Assembly (NCBI RefSeq): GCF_006345805.1 | Contig: NC_042999.1 | Span: 162,564,001 to 162,628,000, forward strand | Reading direction: 5' to 3' | Length of the DNA stretch: 64,000 nucleotides | From: Octopus sinensis | Taxonomy: Eukaryota | In this document: piece after piece, positions 63,560 to 64,000 of the stretch | Position numbering within the stretch: the first letter of the stretch is position 1 | How the letters are laid out: each line of letters opens with the position of its first letter | Translations under genes and position numbers: made by a program | The notes under the pieces: generated by a model | The model's database searches: none | What the model was told of the DNA's origin: nothing | The model's input: only the letters and a program-made list of their open reading frames with translations

Positions 63560-64000
63560 CCAAAAGACTAGTAGTTCATATCTTGTTACCAGCACTACAC
63601 CATGTCTATGACCAAGATCTTAAACTCTAAATAACCAAATCTACAAGCTCCCACAAAGTCAATCAAGTAGTATCATTATAAAACAAGAGCCATTCAAAAA
63701 CTAATGCAAGTTTGGGTGATGTTAGAAGTGCTAATAATATACAAAACAACTCACTGATTCACATGGATTGGAGCACCAAAACTACTCTTCTGATTGATGA
63801 TAATCAACAGCATTCCTTAGTATGATAGACTAATGAAATCTGACCAGAAAAGGCAAATAAGGTAGAATTAAAAGCCTCCAGCCAACAGGATAACCTTCAC
63901 CAATGGATTGCCCACTTTCAGCATCTTGGGAAACCATCAATCATTACTGACAAGCTTGTAGAAACTAGTATAAACTACAAACTGAATATTAAAGTGAGTA
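63560..64000 (+). pseudogene. Probable decayed LINE remnant (linker between endonuclease and RT)
   Basis: HQWIAHFQHLGKPSIITDK...INYKLNIK resembles W..HF..LLG.PP.I.D of invertebrate LINEs; many stops. Confidence 0.4.

Overview
This is repeat-saturated, AT-rich animal DNA, not prokaryotic. The SINE/LINE families and microsatellite load suggest an Octopus genome (pattern recognition only, not a database result). No complete host gene is visible; there is one good candidate 70-nt host exon (37926-37995, +). The window contains four Ty3/gypsy-type LTR elements (one with both LTRs and a TSD, 42172-46252), a full-length mariner, a decayed hAT transposase, Helitron pieces and a TTAA-flanked MITE. It also holds five R4/Dong-like LINE copies sitting at (AAT)n runs plus one other restriction-like-endonuclease LINE remnant, a young RTE LINE with a PHD-type finger inside its RT, CR1-like fragments, two tRNA-type SINE families, and many micro- and minisatellites. 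Leads worth following up: (1) two minimal hammerhead-ribozyme motifs in a (TA)n-associated repeat family that also forms a ~245-bp fold-back; (2) two further long palindromes beside (TA)n; (3) a non-canonical primer-binding site, shared by two LTR elements, that matches the 5' end of tRNA-Phe instead of a tRNA 3' CCA end. All of this was read by eye, so boundaries of decayed elements are approximate.
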